Source: Minisyncoccia bacterium
Lineage (GTDB): Bacteria; Patescibacteriota; Minisyncoccia; Phycocordibacterales; DATDWN01
Assembly (NCBI GenBank): GCA_049296855.1
Contig: JBAQTF010000010.1
Coordinates: 22,094 to 86,093 of the forward strand
Length of the DNA: 64,000 nt
Reading direction: 5' to 3'
The notes under the pieces are model-generated. The model had not been told where the DNA came from and did not search any database. It worked only from the letters and a program-made list of their open reading frames with translations. Of this stretch, positions 17,035 through 28,854 are shown piece by piece; positions within the stretch are counted from its first letter, which is position 1, and every line of letters begins with the position of its first letter. Made by a program: the position numbers and the translations under genes.

Positions 17035-17105
17035 TTGCGGGACCAGGACTTGCACCTGGGTCTGCAGGTTATGAGCCTACCGAGATACTGCTTCTCTATC
17101 CCGCT
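17035..17105 (-). tRNA. tRNA-Met (anticodon CAU), probably the initiator tRNA-fMet
   Basis: A1xA72 mismatch at the top of the acceptor stem (AGCGGGA/TCCCGCA), A11:U24 in the D-stem (GAGA/TCTC), anticodon loop CTCATAA, T-arm CCAGG-TGCAAGT-CCTGG. Confidence 0.65.
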
Positions 17106-17172
17106 ATTTTGACTAACGGGTAACATGGTATCACAACTCTATAGCTGAATCAATTACAACAGTGTATAAAGT

Positions 17173-18582
17173 TTAGATAATCTGAAACTCTTTAAACACA
17201 GTGCTGTATAATTCTACGACTCTCTTTGCTTCACGCTGTGATAGGGCAAACAACTGACCTTCGTGTGCAATCTGATTTCTAATTTTATGTGCTTCCCATG
17301 CGTTATCTACAGTTGTAAAATCACTTTTTTCTATCGCTTTCAATTTATCTCCTATGGTATCCCCTGGTAATGATAACTTTTCCAGAAGACTACTTAACAT
17401 TATATCTGCTTCTAATATTGCTAACCTCCAATCATTTTCATTTGGAGATTCAATATGAGCCAGAATTTGCTTCCATTGTGGATTAACATTAACTGTCGTT
17501 TTTGTAACATCTGGGTACAATGACTTTCTATCCTGTAATCGCAATTTTGTTAAATTTCTAAACAAATATACTATTGAACCGACACTAATAATCAGAAAAG
17601 CTATTAATAAATATTTCAAATAGTTAATAATTTTCCAAAACATGGCTGTTACTTTAGACGCAGGACTTTGTATCGCTGGATCTATATACCCAAGATCATT
17701 TTCAGATACCCAGCCCTCTTTTCCGTCATCAAATTTAATATGCCAATATTTCACTCCACCCCATACTAGTGGCCCATCTATTATAGTTCCCCTACTATCC
17801 GCTTTCTCTGTACCTATTTGTTTACCTCCTGGGCTATCATATATAGGTGTATCATTTTTCGAAGTCAAAACTTTCCCACCTATAATACTTGGTTTATCAG
17901 ATAATGGTGTGACTTTTTCTTGAATTTGATCCAGATCATCTTCTGCTACCCAACCGGTCGTTCCATCATCAAACTGTATTTTCCAATATTTCACACCATC
18001 TTTTGTGGATGGACCATCAACAACCTTGCCATTTGCATCGCGAGGTTCTGTAGTTATTTGATTTACACCTGGATCCGCAAAAACTACAGCTCTATTTTTT
18101 GACACGAGGACTCGTCCGTCTTTCGGATTTGAGGATTTAGAGAGGGGTACTCTAATATTTTCCAGAAAACTCAAACTACCCCCTCCTACCCAACCGTCTA
18201 CACCGTCTTCAAACTTTACGTGCCAATATTTCACACCATCTTTTATTATTGGCCCTTCTATTATGGTAGCTTTGGCTCCTTTTGGTTCACTGGCTATTTC
18301 AACTCCTCCCGGAGACGAGAGAACTGAAGTATCTTTTGAAGTTAATACCTTTCCGCCTATAAGAGTTACTACTTTCGACATCGGAACAGTTTTCTCTTTA
18401 ATTTCCACACCAAATATAGGAGCTAAAAAGCTGTTAGTTCTAATTGCAGATAAAAATCCATTCAGCAAATAAACAAAAAACAAAATAGAGATAATAAACC
18501 AAACCACCTCTACAAAAGGGTCTTTCTCTACGGTGGAAGCTGATTTATCAGCTGGTTTTTCAAATTTCTTTTCATCAGCCAT
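17173..18582 (-). CDS. Two-TM protein with three SH3b-like repeats (predicted extracytoplasmic) and a C-terminal HEPN-like domain carrying an R-x4-H motif
   Basis: TM1 at aa about 22-44. Three about 65-aa repeats (GGKVLTSK..SPGG..IDGP..GVKYWHIKFDDGxxGWVxExDL). TM2 at aa about 305-335. C-terminus ...EAHKIRNQIAHEGQLF... Confidence 0.6.
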   Translation of the reverse strand: MADEKKFEKPADKSASTVEKDPFVEVVWFIISILFFVYLLNGFLSAIRTNSFLAPIFGVEIKEKTVPMSKVVTLIGGKVLTSKDTSVLSSPGGVEIASEPKGAKATIIEGPIIKDGVKYWHVKFEDGVDGWVGGGSLSFLENIRVPLSKSSNPKDGRVLVSKNRAVVFADPGVNQITTEPRDANGKVVDGPSTKDGVKYWKIQFDDGTTGWVAEDDLDQIQEKVTPLSDKPSIIGGKVLTSKNDTPIYDSPGGKQIGTEKADSRGTIIDGPLVWGGVKYWHIKFDDGKEGWVSENDLGYIDPAIQSPASKVTAMFWKIINYLKYLLIAFLIISVGSIVYLFRNLTKLRLQDRKSLYPDVTKTTVNVNPQWKQILAHIESPNENDWRLAILEADIMLSSLLEKLSLPGDTIGDKLKAIEKSDFTTVDNAWEAHKIRNQIAHEGQLFALSQREAKRVVELYSTVFKEFQII

Positions 18583-18663
18583 ATAAATAGTATACAGTAG
18601 CTAGTAGTTAGTATCTAGAGGAAATCTAAATTCTTCTGACTACTAAAAGCTAAATCCTGTCCA

Positions 18664-20124
18664 CTATTCACCCAAAAATTTCTTACCGACTGTAAAAAGT
18701 AGATCCTCACAAGCATGTGGAGCCATGAACTGGATTCCAAGTGGTAAACTTTTACCTCCTTTTTTTATATTTCCCGCTGGAATTGATATAGCTGGAATAC
18801 CAACAATATTTGCTGGTACAGTAAAGACATCTTCCAGATAAAGGGAAAGTGGATCGTTTATTTTCTCACCTATTTTAAAAGCTACGCCTGGTGTTGTAGG
18901 AGTAACGATCACGTCGACTTTTTTAAATGCATTACTAAAATCATCTCCAATCTTCTGTCTCAATATCAATGCTTTGTTGTAATAAGCATCATGATAACCA
19001 GCTGATAGTACATAAGTACCTATGAGAATTCGTCTTCTGACTTCTTTACCAAATCCTTGTCCGCGAGTTTTTAGATAATCTTCGAGTAAATTCTTTCCAT
19101 CTATATGTAAACCATATTTAACACCGTCAAAACGAGCAAGGTTTGACGAGACTTCGGCTGGCATGAGAATATAATAAACCGCTAAAGAGTACTCTATATT
19201 TGGAAGTTTAATGTCTCTTATCTCAAATCCAGCATCTTTTAATCTTTGTATTGATTTATTGAAATTTTCCAAAACTTCAACTGATAATCCTCCTTTTTCT
19301 AATATGTGATATGGGACACCAATTACTAATTTTTCTTTAGATTTTCTTTTTTGGTGGTCATGCGACCACTGCTCGCTTTCAGCGGTTGCATAAATATCTT
19401 CACCATAAGTAGTACTATCCATTTTATCTTTACCCTTTATAATATTCCAGAGAATCTCTGAATCTGTTACTGTTTTTGTAATTGGCCCTATAACATCTAG
19501 AGACGAGCCCATAGCCATGAGTCCATAACGTGACACTCCACCATAAGTTGGTTTAAGTCCGACCATACCGCAAAATGAGGCTGGTTGTCTAACAGAACCA
19601 CCTGTATCTGATCCTAGAGAAGCTAGAGCACCAGCCATAGCAACAGAAGCCGAGGAGCCTCCGGAAGAACCTCCGGCAACACGTTCTAAGTCATTTGGAT
19701 TTTTTGTCACACCAAAAGCTGAATTCTCTGTAGAACCCCCCATGGCAAATTCATCCATATTCGTTCGGCCTAAAAATACAACCCCTTCTGACTTAAGTTT
19801 TTTTATTACCGTTGCGTCATATGGAGCAATATACCCTTCTAGAATTTTTGAAGCCGAAGTTACCTTCCTTCCAGAAATCAAAATATTATCTTTTATACTC
19901 ATTGGTATCCCAGTAAGAGTTCCTGTGGTCCCATTTTTTATTTTTTCATCAGCAACATCTGCCTGTGACAAAACATCTCCATAGACCTCGAGATAAGCAT
20001 TTATATCTTTATTAACAGAAGCAATGTGATCAAGATACTTCTGTGCTAACTCCCTCGCTGAAAAATCTTTATTAGCTAAACATTTTATCGCCTGTTTTAT
20101 TGTCAATGAGTAAATATCATTCAT
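18664..20124 (-). CDS. gatA: Glutamyl-tRNA(Gln)/aspartyl-tRNA(Asn) amidotransferase subunit A
   Basis: 486 aa. Amidase-signature stretch GGSSGGSSASVAMAGA. Confidence 0.9.
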   Translation of the reverse strand: MNDIYSLTIKQAIKCLANKDFSARELAQKYLDHIASVNKDINAYLEVYGDVLSQADVADEKIKNGTTGTLTGIPMSIKDNILISGRKVTSASKILEGYIAPYDATVIKKLKSEGVVFLGRTNMDEFAMGGSTENSAFGVTKNPNDLERVAGGSSGGSSASVAMAGALASLGSDTGGSVRQPASFCGMVGLKPTYGGVSRYGLMAMGSSLDVIGPITKTVTDSEILWNIIKGKDKMDSTTYGEDIYATAESEQWSHDHQKRKSKEKLVIGVPYHILEKGGLSVEVLENFNKSIQRLKDAGFEIRDIKLPNIEYSLAVYYILMPAEVSSNLARFDGVKYGLHIDGKNLLEDYLKTRGQGFGKEVRRRILIGTYVLSAGYHDAYYNKALILRQKIGDDFSNAFKKVDVIVTPTTPGVAFKIGEKINDPLSLYLEDVFTVPANIVGIPAISIPAGNIKKGGKSLPLGIQFMAPHACEDLLFTVGKKFLGE

Positions 20125-20399
20125 AAAATCTTTTTTACTTTAAGATAATTCCCCTCTCTAGAAGATGCATTTTGTAAAAGTCTCCCCGTGTATTCTCCTT
20201 CTTTATTTGTGACTTCATCATCACGCATCACGTTATGAAGTTTTGGAGTAATTTTTTCAACATCTCCAGTTGAATCTTTGATTTGACTGACGTATCCCAA
20301 AATAGAATCTATTTCAGAAGTCATTCTAACTACTTCTTCAGGACTGACTTCTATACGAGCAAGATTGGCGAGATTTTTTATATCTTCTTTTGTGATCAT
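20121..20399 (-). CDS. gatC: Glu/Asp-tRNA amidotransferase subunit C
   Basis: MITKEDIKNLANLARIEVSPEE... is GatC-like. The start is taken at the internal Met (aa 60 of the ORF-track entry). Stop/start overlap with gatA. Confidence 0.75.
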   Translation of the reverse strand: MITKEDIKNLANLARIEVSPEEVVRMTSEIDSILGYVSQIKDSTGDVEKITPKLHNVMRDDEVTNKEGEYTGRLLQNASSREGNYLKVKKIL

Positions 20400-20481
20400 T
20401 CGGTCAATAATAACATTTTTTGGAAGTTTGTTTAATTGACTTAACAATAGAGATGTAGTTAAATTCCATTCGGAGGCTATT

Positions 20482-20844
20482 ATGCTGAAAGTTGAAAATT
20501 TTGCCAAACTGATCTGTGAGGCAAGAAAGAAGTCTGGAAAAACACGAAAGGCTGTCTGCATCAAATTAGGTATCAAGGAGTATGGTCTGGCTAATTGGGA
20601 AAGGGCGATCTCCTTCCCGAAAGAAACAAAACTTCCCGAATTAGCTGTTGTGTTGGAGTTAGACTTTCAACTATTAAAAGAGGTGTGGAGCATCTCAAAA
20701 AAAGCCAGAGAAAAAGAAATTGAAGCCAAGAGACCTCCAAAGATCAAGCTGAAAAAGCCTGGTCTGAAAGGACTCGACGCATATTTCCATCCATATACAA
20801 CCAGTAACGGAAGAAGATTCAGGTCTAAATCAACAACAAAATGA
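20482..20844 (+). CDS. Small XRE-type helix-turn-helix protein
   Basis: 120 aa. HTH-like KSGKTRKAVCIKLGIKEYGLANWERAIS, then a basic tail. Confidence 0.5.
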   Translation: MLKVENFAKLICEARKKSGKTRKAVCIKLGIKEYGLANWERAISFPKETKLPELAVVLELDFQLLKEVWSISKKAREKEIEAKRPPKIKLKKPGLKGLDAYFHPYTTSNGRRFRSKSTTK

Positions 20845-20884
20845 GGCTATGGGGAGCTCAGTCTCCCCTAAACCTTTTTTTAAT

Positions 20885-23433
<2,549 letters not shown>

Positions 23434-23437
23434 AATA

Positions 23438-24034
23438 TTATTGACGATTGAATAGTGTTTGTATAATTTGTAATGATCTATCAACTCCTCTGTCAGTCCA
23501 ACTTATAGTAATAATAACGTTAACTTCTCTTGGGGGCACAACCGCAGGGAGGACTTCTTGAAATTGTATTTCTCTTTTGAAACTTGTCGGAACCCAACCA
23601 GCTCCAGATGTATATCCAAGTAAACCAGTAGAAGTTTGAACATTAAGAACTGGAGAAGTACCAGCTCCACCTGGATAATTCGTTACTACTTCAGTATATG
23701 AATCAATAGTACATGTCCTACCGTAAAAACACGGGTCTCCAGCTATATCTGACAGTCCAGTAAGCCAGTTATTCCCTTGTCCACCAATATTTCTAAGGGC
23801 ATTTTCGTCTCTCTTATTTCTAATGAACTCCATACCCTCTTGGATAAGATTAAAAGCTACGATTTGATCTTTTGCATATGTAGATGATTGCAAACCTTTT
23901 TGCACAGCTGTAAATGTTCCGGCAATAGATAACGTAAGTATCGCAATAGCCACAAGTGTTTCGACAACAGTAAATCCTGCATTTTTCAGTACTTCTATTT
24001 TTTTATTTTCTACCTTTTTATACATATAAATCAT
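23438..24034 (-). CDS. Type IV minor pilin
   Basis: Prepilin motif NAGFTVVETLVAIAILTL. Confidence 0.65.
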   Translation of the reverse strand: MIYMYKKVENKKIEVLKNAGFTVVETLVAIAILTLSIAGTFTAVQKGLQSSTYAKDQIVAFNLIQEGMEFIRNKRDENALRNIGGQGNNWLTGLSDIAGDPCFYGRTCTIDSYTEVVTNYPGGAGTSPVLNVQTSTGLLGYTSGAGWVPTSFKREIQFQEVLPAVVPPREVNVIITISWTDRGVDRSLQIIQTLFNRQ

Positions 24035-24627
24035 ATCTGTCTAAAATCAAAAGTCCTCTGTGAAACTGATGTCTGTAAAGTAAATGATGATTGGGTGGTC
24101 GGTTTTACTCCAGCATAACCACTGACTACCATCACAATTTTGGATTGTTTACATTGACTCGAAGGTAAACAACCTACTGGAGGACTTGTGTTGATATATG
24201 GTTCTGAACCACTGACAAAAAAAGTTAATCGAGTTATTGTTACATCCGATGATGTTAAATCTTGTGTTGTTACTCCAACTCTCTTTGTCACATGCCCGTT
24301 TGAAATTGAATAAGTAACTATTACTCCACTCAAATCTCTAACTGTAAGGGATGTGTCGCCACCAGCACAATCAAGAGGTGTTGAGGTGTCTCCAGTAGTT
24401 CCACAGTGATAATTTGTACCGAAACGTATAGAACGAGTCATGCTCTCCATAGTTATATTCAGATTATCCATGACGGTACGTAATGATTGCGATTTTTTAT
24501 TTCCATCAAACACACTGGCTATTGAACCACCCATCATAACCATAATTACGGCAAAAACAGATACAGAAACCATTATTTCTATTAAAGTAAATCCTCGGTT
24601 TGAATTTTTTAGTAATTTCTTTATCAC
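24031..24627 (-). CDS. Type IV minor pilin
   Basis: Prepilin motif NRGFTLIEIMVSVSVFAVIM. Confidence 0.7.
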   Translation of the reverse strand: MIKKLLKNSNRGFTLIEIMVSVSVFAVIMVMMGGSIASVFDGNKKSQSLRTVMDNLNITMESMTRSIRFGTNYHCGTTGDTSTPLDCAGGDTSLTVRDLSGVIVTYSISNGHVTKRVGVTTQDLTSSDVTITRLTFFVSGSEPYINTSPPVGCLPSSQCKQSKIVMVVSGYAGVKPTTQSSFTLQTSVSQRTFDFRQI

Positions 24628-24630
24628 TTT

Positions 24631-25320
24631 TTATTGTGGTTGAACGAGAACTTGTCCAGTGCTTTCAATTATAACCCATAAAATTCTACCTTTTGGTGAA
24701 CTTAAAATCACCTTCCCTCTTACGTCATTTAGAAATGAACCGTCGAGATTCCCGCCGTTATTAGCATAGTTTATACTGGCGTTTGGACTTGGCCGAAGAA
24801 ATGTGATATTCATCGTCTCTCCAGGATTAATCGCATAACAACTAGAACTATTACATATCTGAGAAATACTTATGCTTTTAGGTAAAGAGAATTTTTCTAC
24901 ACATTCCGTGGTAGCGCTACCACAAGCACCCAACCCAACGTCATAGTACTTGTCAGCATCTTTATCTACGAAAACATAATATTCAGTGGGATTGTCTTTA
25001 GGATTAAAGTTAATTCCATAAGCGTAAGAAAATTGCCCACCACCAGCAGAAGCTTCTTTAACGGCCAAAGCATAGGTCTGTGCCTCTCTTACAGCGATAG
25101 ATACTTCCTGTCCAGCAGCACCCAAAATAATATTGTCAGTAAAGACAGGATAATTAAACATAACCACACTCAAAAAGAGAGCGAAAAGACTAACTGAAAT
25201 CAAAACCTCTACAAATGTGAAACCGCGCACTAACTTTGACACTGTGCTTCGTATGACAGATTTTTGTGGTGCTAAGGTTAGTACACAGATAAACCAATTT
25301 TTTATAGTTTTTTTTAGCAT
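24631..25320 (-). CDS. Type IV pilin-like protein
   Basis: VRGFTFVEVLISVSLFALFL prepilin-like helix, preceded by an unusually long leader. The true start may be internal. Confidence 0.55.
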   Translation of the reverse strand: MLKKTIKNWFICVLTLAPQKSVIRSTVSKLVRGFTFVEVLISVSLFALFLSVVMFNYPVFTDNIILGAAGQEVSIAVREAQTYALAVKEASAGGGQFSYAYGINFNPKDNPTEYYVFVDKDADKYYDVGLGACGSATTECVEKFSLPKSISISQICNSSSCYAINPGETMNITFLRPSPNASINYANNGGNLDGSFLNDVRGKVILSSPKGRILWVIIESTGQVLVQPQ

Positions 25321-25321
25321 T

Positions 25322-26182
25322 TTATATACGGAGATTCAAAAGTACTCCTATACTCAGTACATCAATATGACTCCAAAATACAATTGCTGTGGCTAAAATT
25401 AAAAATGGGGCAAAAGGAACTTCTGTTTTTAAACTTATTTTATCTCTACTAGAAGTAAACCTATTATAGGCGAGAAGTGCAATACTCCATAGAGCTCCCA
25501 TCCAGAAAGCTAGAACTATAGCTGATGCTCCGAGAGTAAACCCTAAAAGTAGACCTATACCAAAAACCAGTTTTGCATCACCAAACCCAATCCACTTACC
25601 ATCTGACAAGAACCACAGTAGTGCAAATGGGACAAATAAAACAAATGGAGCGGACAGATCAAACATATCAAGTCTTGTTACGGAACTAAAAACAAAATGC
25701 TTACAATAGAAAAACAGACCTAATTTTAAGATGCCTAGTGCTATAAATGTGTAGACAAGAACATTTGGAATTATTTTGTGACGAATATCATAAAGAGTAA
25801 TAACTAAAAGTAGACTGAATACAATACAATAATATACAAAAAACATTATTGAGAAAAAAAGCCCGTGCTGAAAACCTCCATAAATAGACCAAAGTTTAAT
25901 CTGTCTTATGACTACTCCAAGAAAGATGAGACCAGTTAGAATCTCAACTATCATGTATTGCCAAGAAATAGAACTTTTACAAGTACGACATTTACCTCTA
26001 AGAAAAATAAAACTTAAAACTGGAAGAAGTTCATACCATCGCAGTTGTGTACTGCAGACGAAACATTTTGACCTACCCCGAGCAATAGAAAGTCCTGTGT
26101 TATAACGCAAAGCAACTACGTTTATGAAACTGCCGACGAGAGTCCCGAGAATAAATATGGAGATATAAAATAACAAATCCAT
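25322..26182 (-). CDS. pilD: Prepilin peptidase (A24 family)
   Basis: 286 aa, polytopic membrane protein with CxxC...CxxC (KCFVCSTQ...CRTCKSSI). Confidence 0.85.
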   Translation of the reverse strand: MDLLFYISIFILGTLVGSFINVVALRYNTGLSIARGRSKCFVCSTQLRWYELLPVLSFIFLRGKCRTCKSSISWQYMIVEILTGLIFLGVVIRQIKLWSIYGGFQHGLFFSIMFFVYYCIVFSLLLVITLYDIRHKIIPNVLVYTFIALGILKLGLFFYCKHFVFSSVTRLDMFDLSAPFVLFVPFALLWFLSDGKWIGFGDAKLVFGIGLLLGFTLGASAIVLAFWMGALWSIALLAYNRFTSSRDKISLKTEVPFAPFLILATAIVFWSHIDVLSIGVLLNLRI

Positions 26183-26213
26183 GTGCTAATTATAACATGT
26201 CGCACCACAAAGT

Positions 26214-26669
26214 TTATTTACAATTCTCAGGGGCACCAGTATTACAGACATACAAACCTCCGTACTGACCAGCTGGAGCTACATCACAAATCCTTTTGGC
26301 TTGTTTATAATCTACACACCAATAGTCAACACCTGACCCTGCACCCCATTGGTTTTGCACATTAAACGGGGCTACAGTTCTCCAACCCGCTGCACCAGAA
26401 CCCTGACAAGTTCCTCCGGCGGCAGAAACAATCGCCGAAATTTTTGAGTCAGCACATACAGCATTCCAACTTTCACTACCAGGATTAATATAATAAAACA
26501 TCTCTGTTGCACTAGATAAATTGGCAAGGTCGGACTTCACCGCCGTATCTTTACCCTTCGCACGAGCTGAATTTAAGGCACCAAAAACAATGGCTGACAT
26601 CATACCGATAACGGCGATAACAACAAGCAGTTCGATAAGTGTAAATGCTTTTTGTAAATTAGACTTCAT
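26214..26669 (-). CDS. pilA: Type IV major pilin
   Basis: N-terminus MKSNLQKAFTLIELLVVIAVIGMMSAIV, the class III signal plus methylated-Phe consensus. Confidence 0.8.
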   Translation of the reverse strand: MKSNLQKAFTLIELLVVIAVIGMMSAIVFGALNSARAKGKDTAVKSDLANLSSATEMFYYINPGSESWNAVCADSKISAIVSAAGGTCQGSGAAGWRTVAPFNVQNQWGAGSGVDYWCVDYKQAKRICDVAPAGQYGGLYVCNTGAPENCK

Positions 26670-26751
26670 ATGTTAGTTTAACCATACAGTTATATTATAA
26701 CAATGAAACATAACTAACAACAGTCTTATAAACAATTACTTCTTTAAATGT

Positions 26752-26780
26752 AAAAAGAGACCTTTCCAGGTCTCTTTTTA
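26752..26780 (-). terminator. Rho-independent terminator downstream of the upstream pilin gene
   Basis: AGAGACCT-ttcc-AGGTCTCT hairpin flanked by A and T runs. Confidence 0.7.
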
Positions 26781-26810
26781 CTAAACTAAATTTAGTTTAT
26801 ATAGAGAAGA

Positions 26811-27341
26811 CTATTCAACGCAAGCACCACCAGCAACTTCAGCAGTTATCTGAGCTTGAAGGAGGCCACCGTTAACCGTAATACCTTTTGATTTTCCTGT
26901 ACTGTCGACACACCAACCAGAATTAGGAGCATCAGCAACAGCAGTTTTTAGAATAGCAGCAACCGCCCAAGCAGTACCACCAGCTGTAGATGAACAAGCC
27001 ATGGTTAATCCACTTGCTGCGGCAGCAGCGGTAATCTGTGAAGAAATATTTGCTTGACCGAATATACTTACTGCTCCTGAAGCTGGACAAACACCAGCGT
27101 TTACAGCAGCTGGTACTGCAGGTGTACAAACGGTACCAGTGTTTGCATAACAACCTAGAGTATCGTACTGAATCTCAGCTTGAGCACGAATGTTAGCTAA
27201 GTTTGACTTGATCGCCGCATCAGCTCCCTTGCCTCTTGCTGTATTAAGAGAAGCAAGCACGACAGACGATAGAATACCAATGATTGCGATAACCACCAAT
27301 AATTCGATAAGTGTAAAACCTCGATTGAACTTTTTTATCAT
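26811..27341 (-). CDS. pilA: Type IV major pilin (Ala/Thr-rich)
   Basis: MIKKFNRGFTLIELLVVIAIIGILSSVVLASL. The gene is GC-richer than the flanks. Confidence 0.8.
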   Translation of the reverse strand: MIKKFNRGFTLIELLVVIAIIGILSSVVLASLNTARGKGADAAIKSNLANIRAQAEIQYDTLGCYANTGTVCTPAVPAAVNAGVCPASGAVSIFGQANISSQITAAAAASGLTMACSSTAGGTAWAVAAILKTAVADAPNSGWCVDSTGKSKGITVNGGLLQAQITAEVAGGACVE

Positions 27342-27498
27342 AATAAATTATTTAAATTATTAACTAAATTTTTGTAATACAATTTCTTAACTATTTTTGT
27401 TTTTTGTTCGACCGAATCTCTCCTTAGAGAGCTTACCGTTTTCTAAACGAATAAGTACATTATACGACTATATAACATCTGTGAAAAGAGCTCCTGTG

Positions 27499-27626
27499 GA
27501 TAAGGGCACACTTATGCCCAAAGTAATCTTTGGGCGAAGGGAGTGAAACGTACACTTATACTTGGAGTAATCTCCAAGTGCAAGGGAGTGAAACGTACAC
27601 TTATGTCTGGAGTATTATTCGGGTGG
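27499..27626. repeat. About 2.8 tandem units of a 45-bp repeat, each carrying a TAAT-loop hairpin, in the pilin 5' region
   Basis: AAGGGAGTGAAACGTACACTTAT is exact at 27537-27559 and 27582-27604. Hairpins GCCCAAAG-taat-CTTTGGGC and CTTGGAG-taat-CTCCAAG. Confidence 0.7.
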
Positions 27627-27637
27627 AAGCTTATAAA

Positions 27638-28843
27638 TTAAGCATTAGAAGCTAAATTGTATATAGGCATCAAAACCGCTGCAAGCAATATACCTACCCC
27701 TAAACCAAGAGAAACAATCATCACGGGCTCGATTAGACTAACCAGTGTATCTACAGCATTTACCATCTCTCTTTGGTAAAAGTTAGACAAAGACTTTAAA
27801 ATAGCACCTAACTCCCCTGTTTCTTCACCAACTTTAATCATTTGAGACATGATGTTAGGAATTTCTTCATAATCAGATAAAGCACTAGAGAGAGTGGCTC
27901 CGTCCTTTACACGCTCTAGGGTTTTATCTAAAATATCTTTATATATTAAGTTATCTACTACTGAAGAAGTGACTTCTAATGCTCTTAACATAGGTATACC
28001 ACTTATTATCATAGTGTTCATGTTATCGGCAATACGAGAAAGATATAATTTTCGATATAAATCACCAAAATAAGGAAAACTAATCTCCACTTTATCTATA
28101 AAATAGGCTCCTTCATTTGTTCTTGAATATCTAAAAAACAAGAAACCTCCAACTATTAAAGCAAGGGCAAAAAATATCCCATAATGTAGCAATAAGTCAC
28201 TAATCCAGAGAACTATCTTTGTGAATACAGGAACCTCCTGTCCTGATTGAGTGATCATCAGTGAAATCTTGGGAATAATAACAGTGAACATCAGAACCAT
28301 AACCCCAATAAAAGTAGCTACGATAAAAGCTGGATAAATAAGAGCATTTTTAGCTTTCGACGTAACGGCAAAAGTTCTATCTAGATAATCCGCTAAATAG
28401 TTAAAAATCTCATCAAGTTTACCTGATTCTTCACCTGCTTTGACCATATTTACGTAGAAAGGCGAAAAAGCATCTGGAAATTTCGATAAAGCGGTAGACA
28501 TAGAACTACCAGCCTGAAGATCATCAGAGATCATAAGTAGATATCTCTTTAATATTGGACTATCCATCTGTGAACCGAGTAGACGAAAAATTCGAAGCGC
28601 TGGGACTTGTGCAGAGAAAAGTGTGGCCATCTGCCTGGATAAAATAACAATGTCCTTGTTTGATATGTGATTAAAAATAGAAAGCGATGATAGATCAAAT
28701 TTTTTCTTTTCAGAATCATTTATTTCAGTAATAATCAGACCACGATTTTGGAGTAAATTAATGGCCGTATCGATATTAAAAGCTTCAATTACACCGTCTG
28801 CAGTCTCTCCTGTACTTTTTATTGCTTTATACTTAAAAATCAT
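27638..28843 (-). CDS. pilC: Type IV pilus platform protein (GspF family)
   Basis: 401 aa, two GspF repeats with TM segments. Confidence 0.9.
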   Translation of the reverse strand: MIFKYKAIKSTGETADGVIEAFNIDTAINLLQNRGLIITEINDSEKKKFDLSSLSIFNHISNKDIVILSRQMATLFSAQVPALRIFRLLGSQMDSPILKRYLLMISDDLQAGSSMSTALSKFPDAFSPFYVNMVKAGEESGKLDEIFNYLADYLDRTFAVTSKAKNALIYPAFIVATFIGVMVLMFTVIIPKISLMITQSGQEVPVFTKIVLWISDLLLHYGIFFALALIVGGFLFFRYSRTNEGAYFIDKVEISFPYFGDLYRKLYLSRIADNMNTMIISGIPMLRALEVTSSVVDNLIYKDILDKTLERVKDGATLSSALSDYEEIPNIMSQMIKVGEETGELGAILKSLSNFYQREMVNAVDTLVSLIEPVMIVSLGLGVGILLAAVLMPIYNLASNA

Positions 28844-28854
28844 GATTATTTAAG

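Noticed and set aside
27499-27626. Tandem repeats upstream of pilA as a CRISPR array
   Set aside because: Only about 2.8 units. The spacers are themselves hairpins related to one another. There are no cas genes, and the unit is 45 bp with no regular repeat/spacer alternation.
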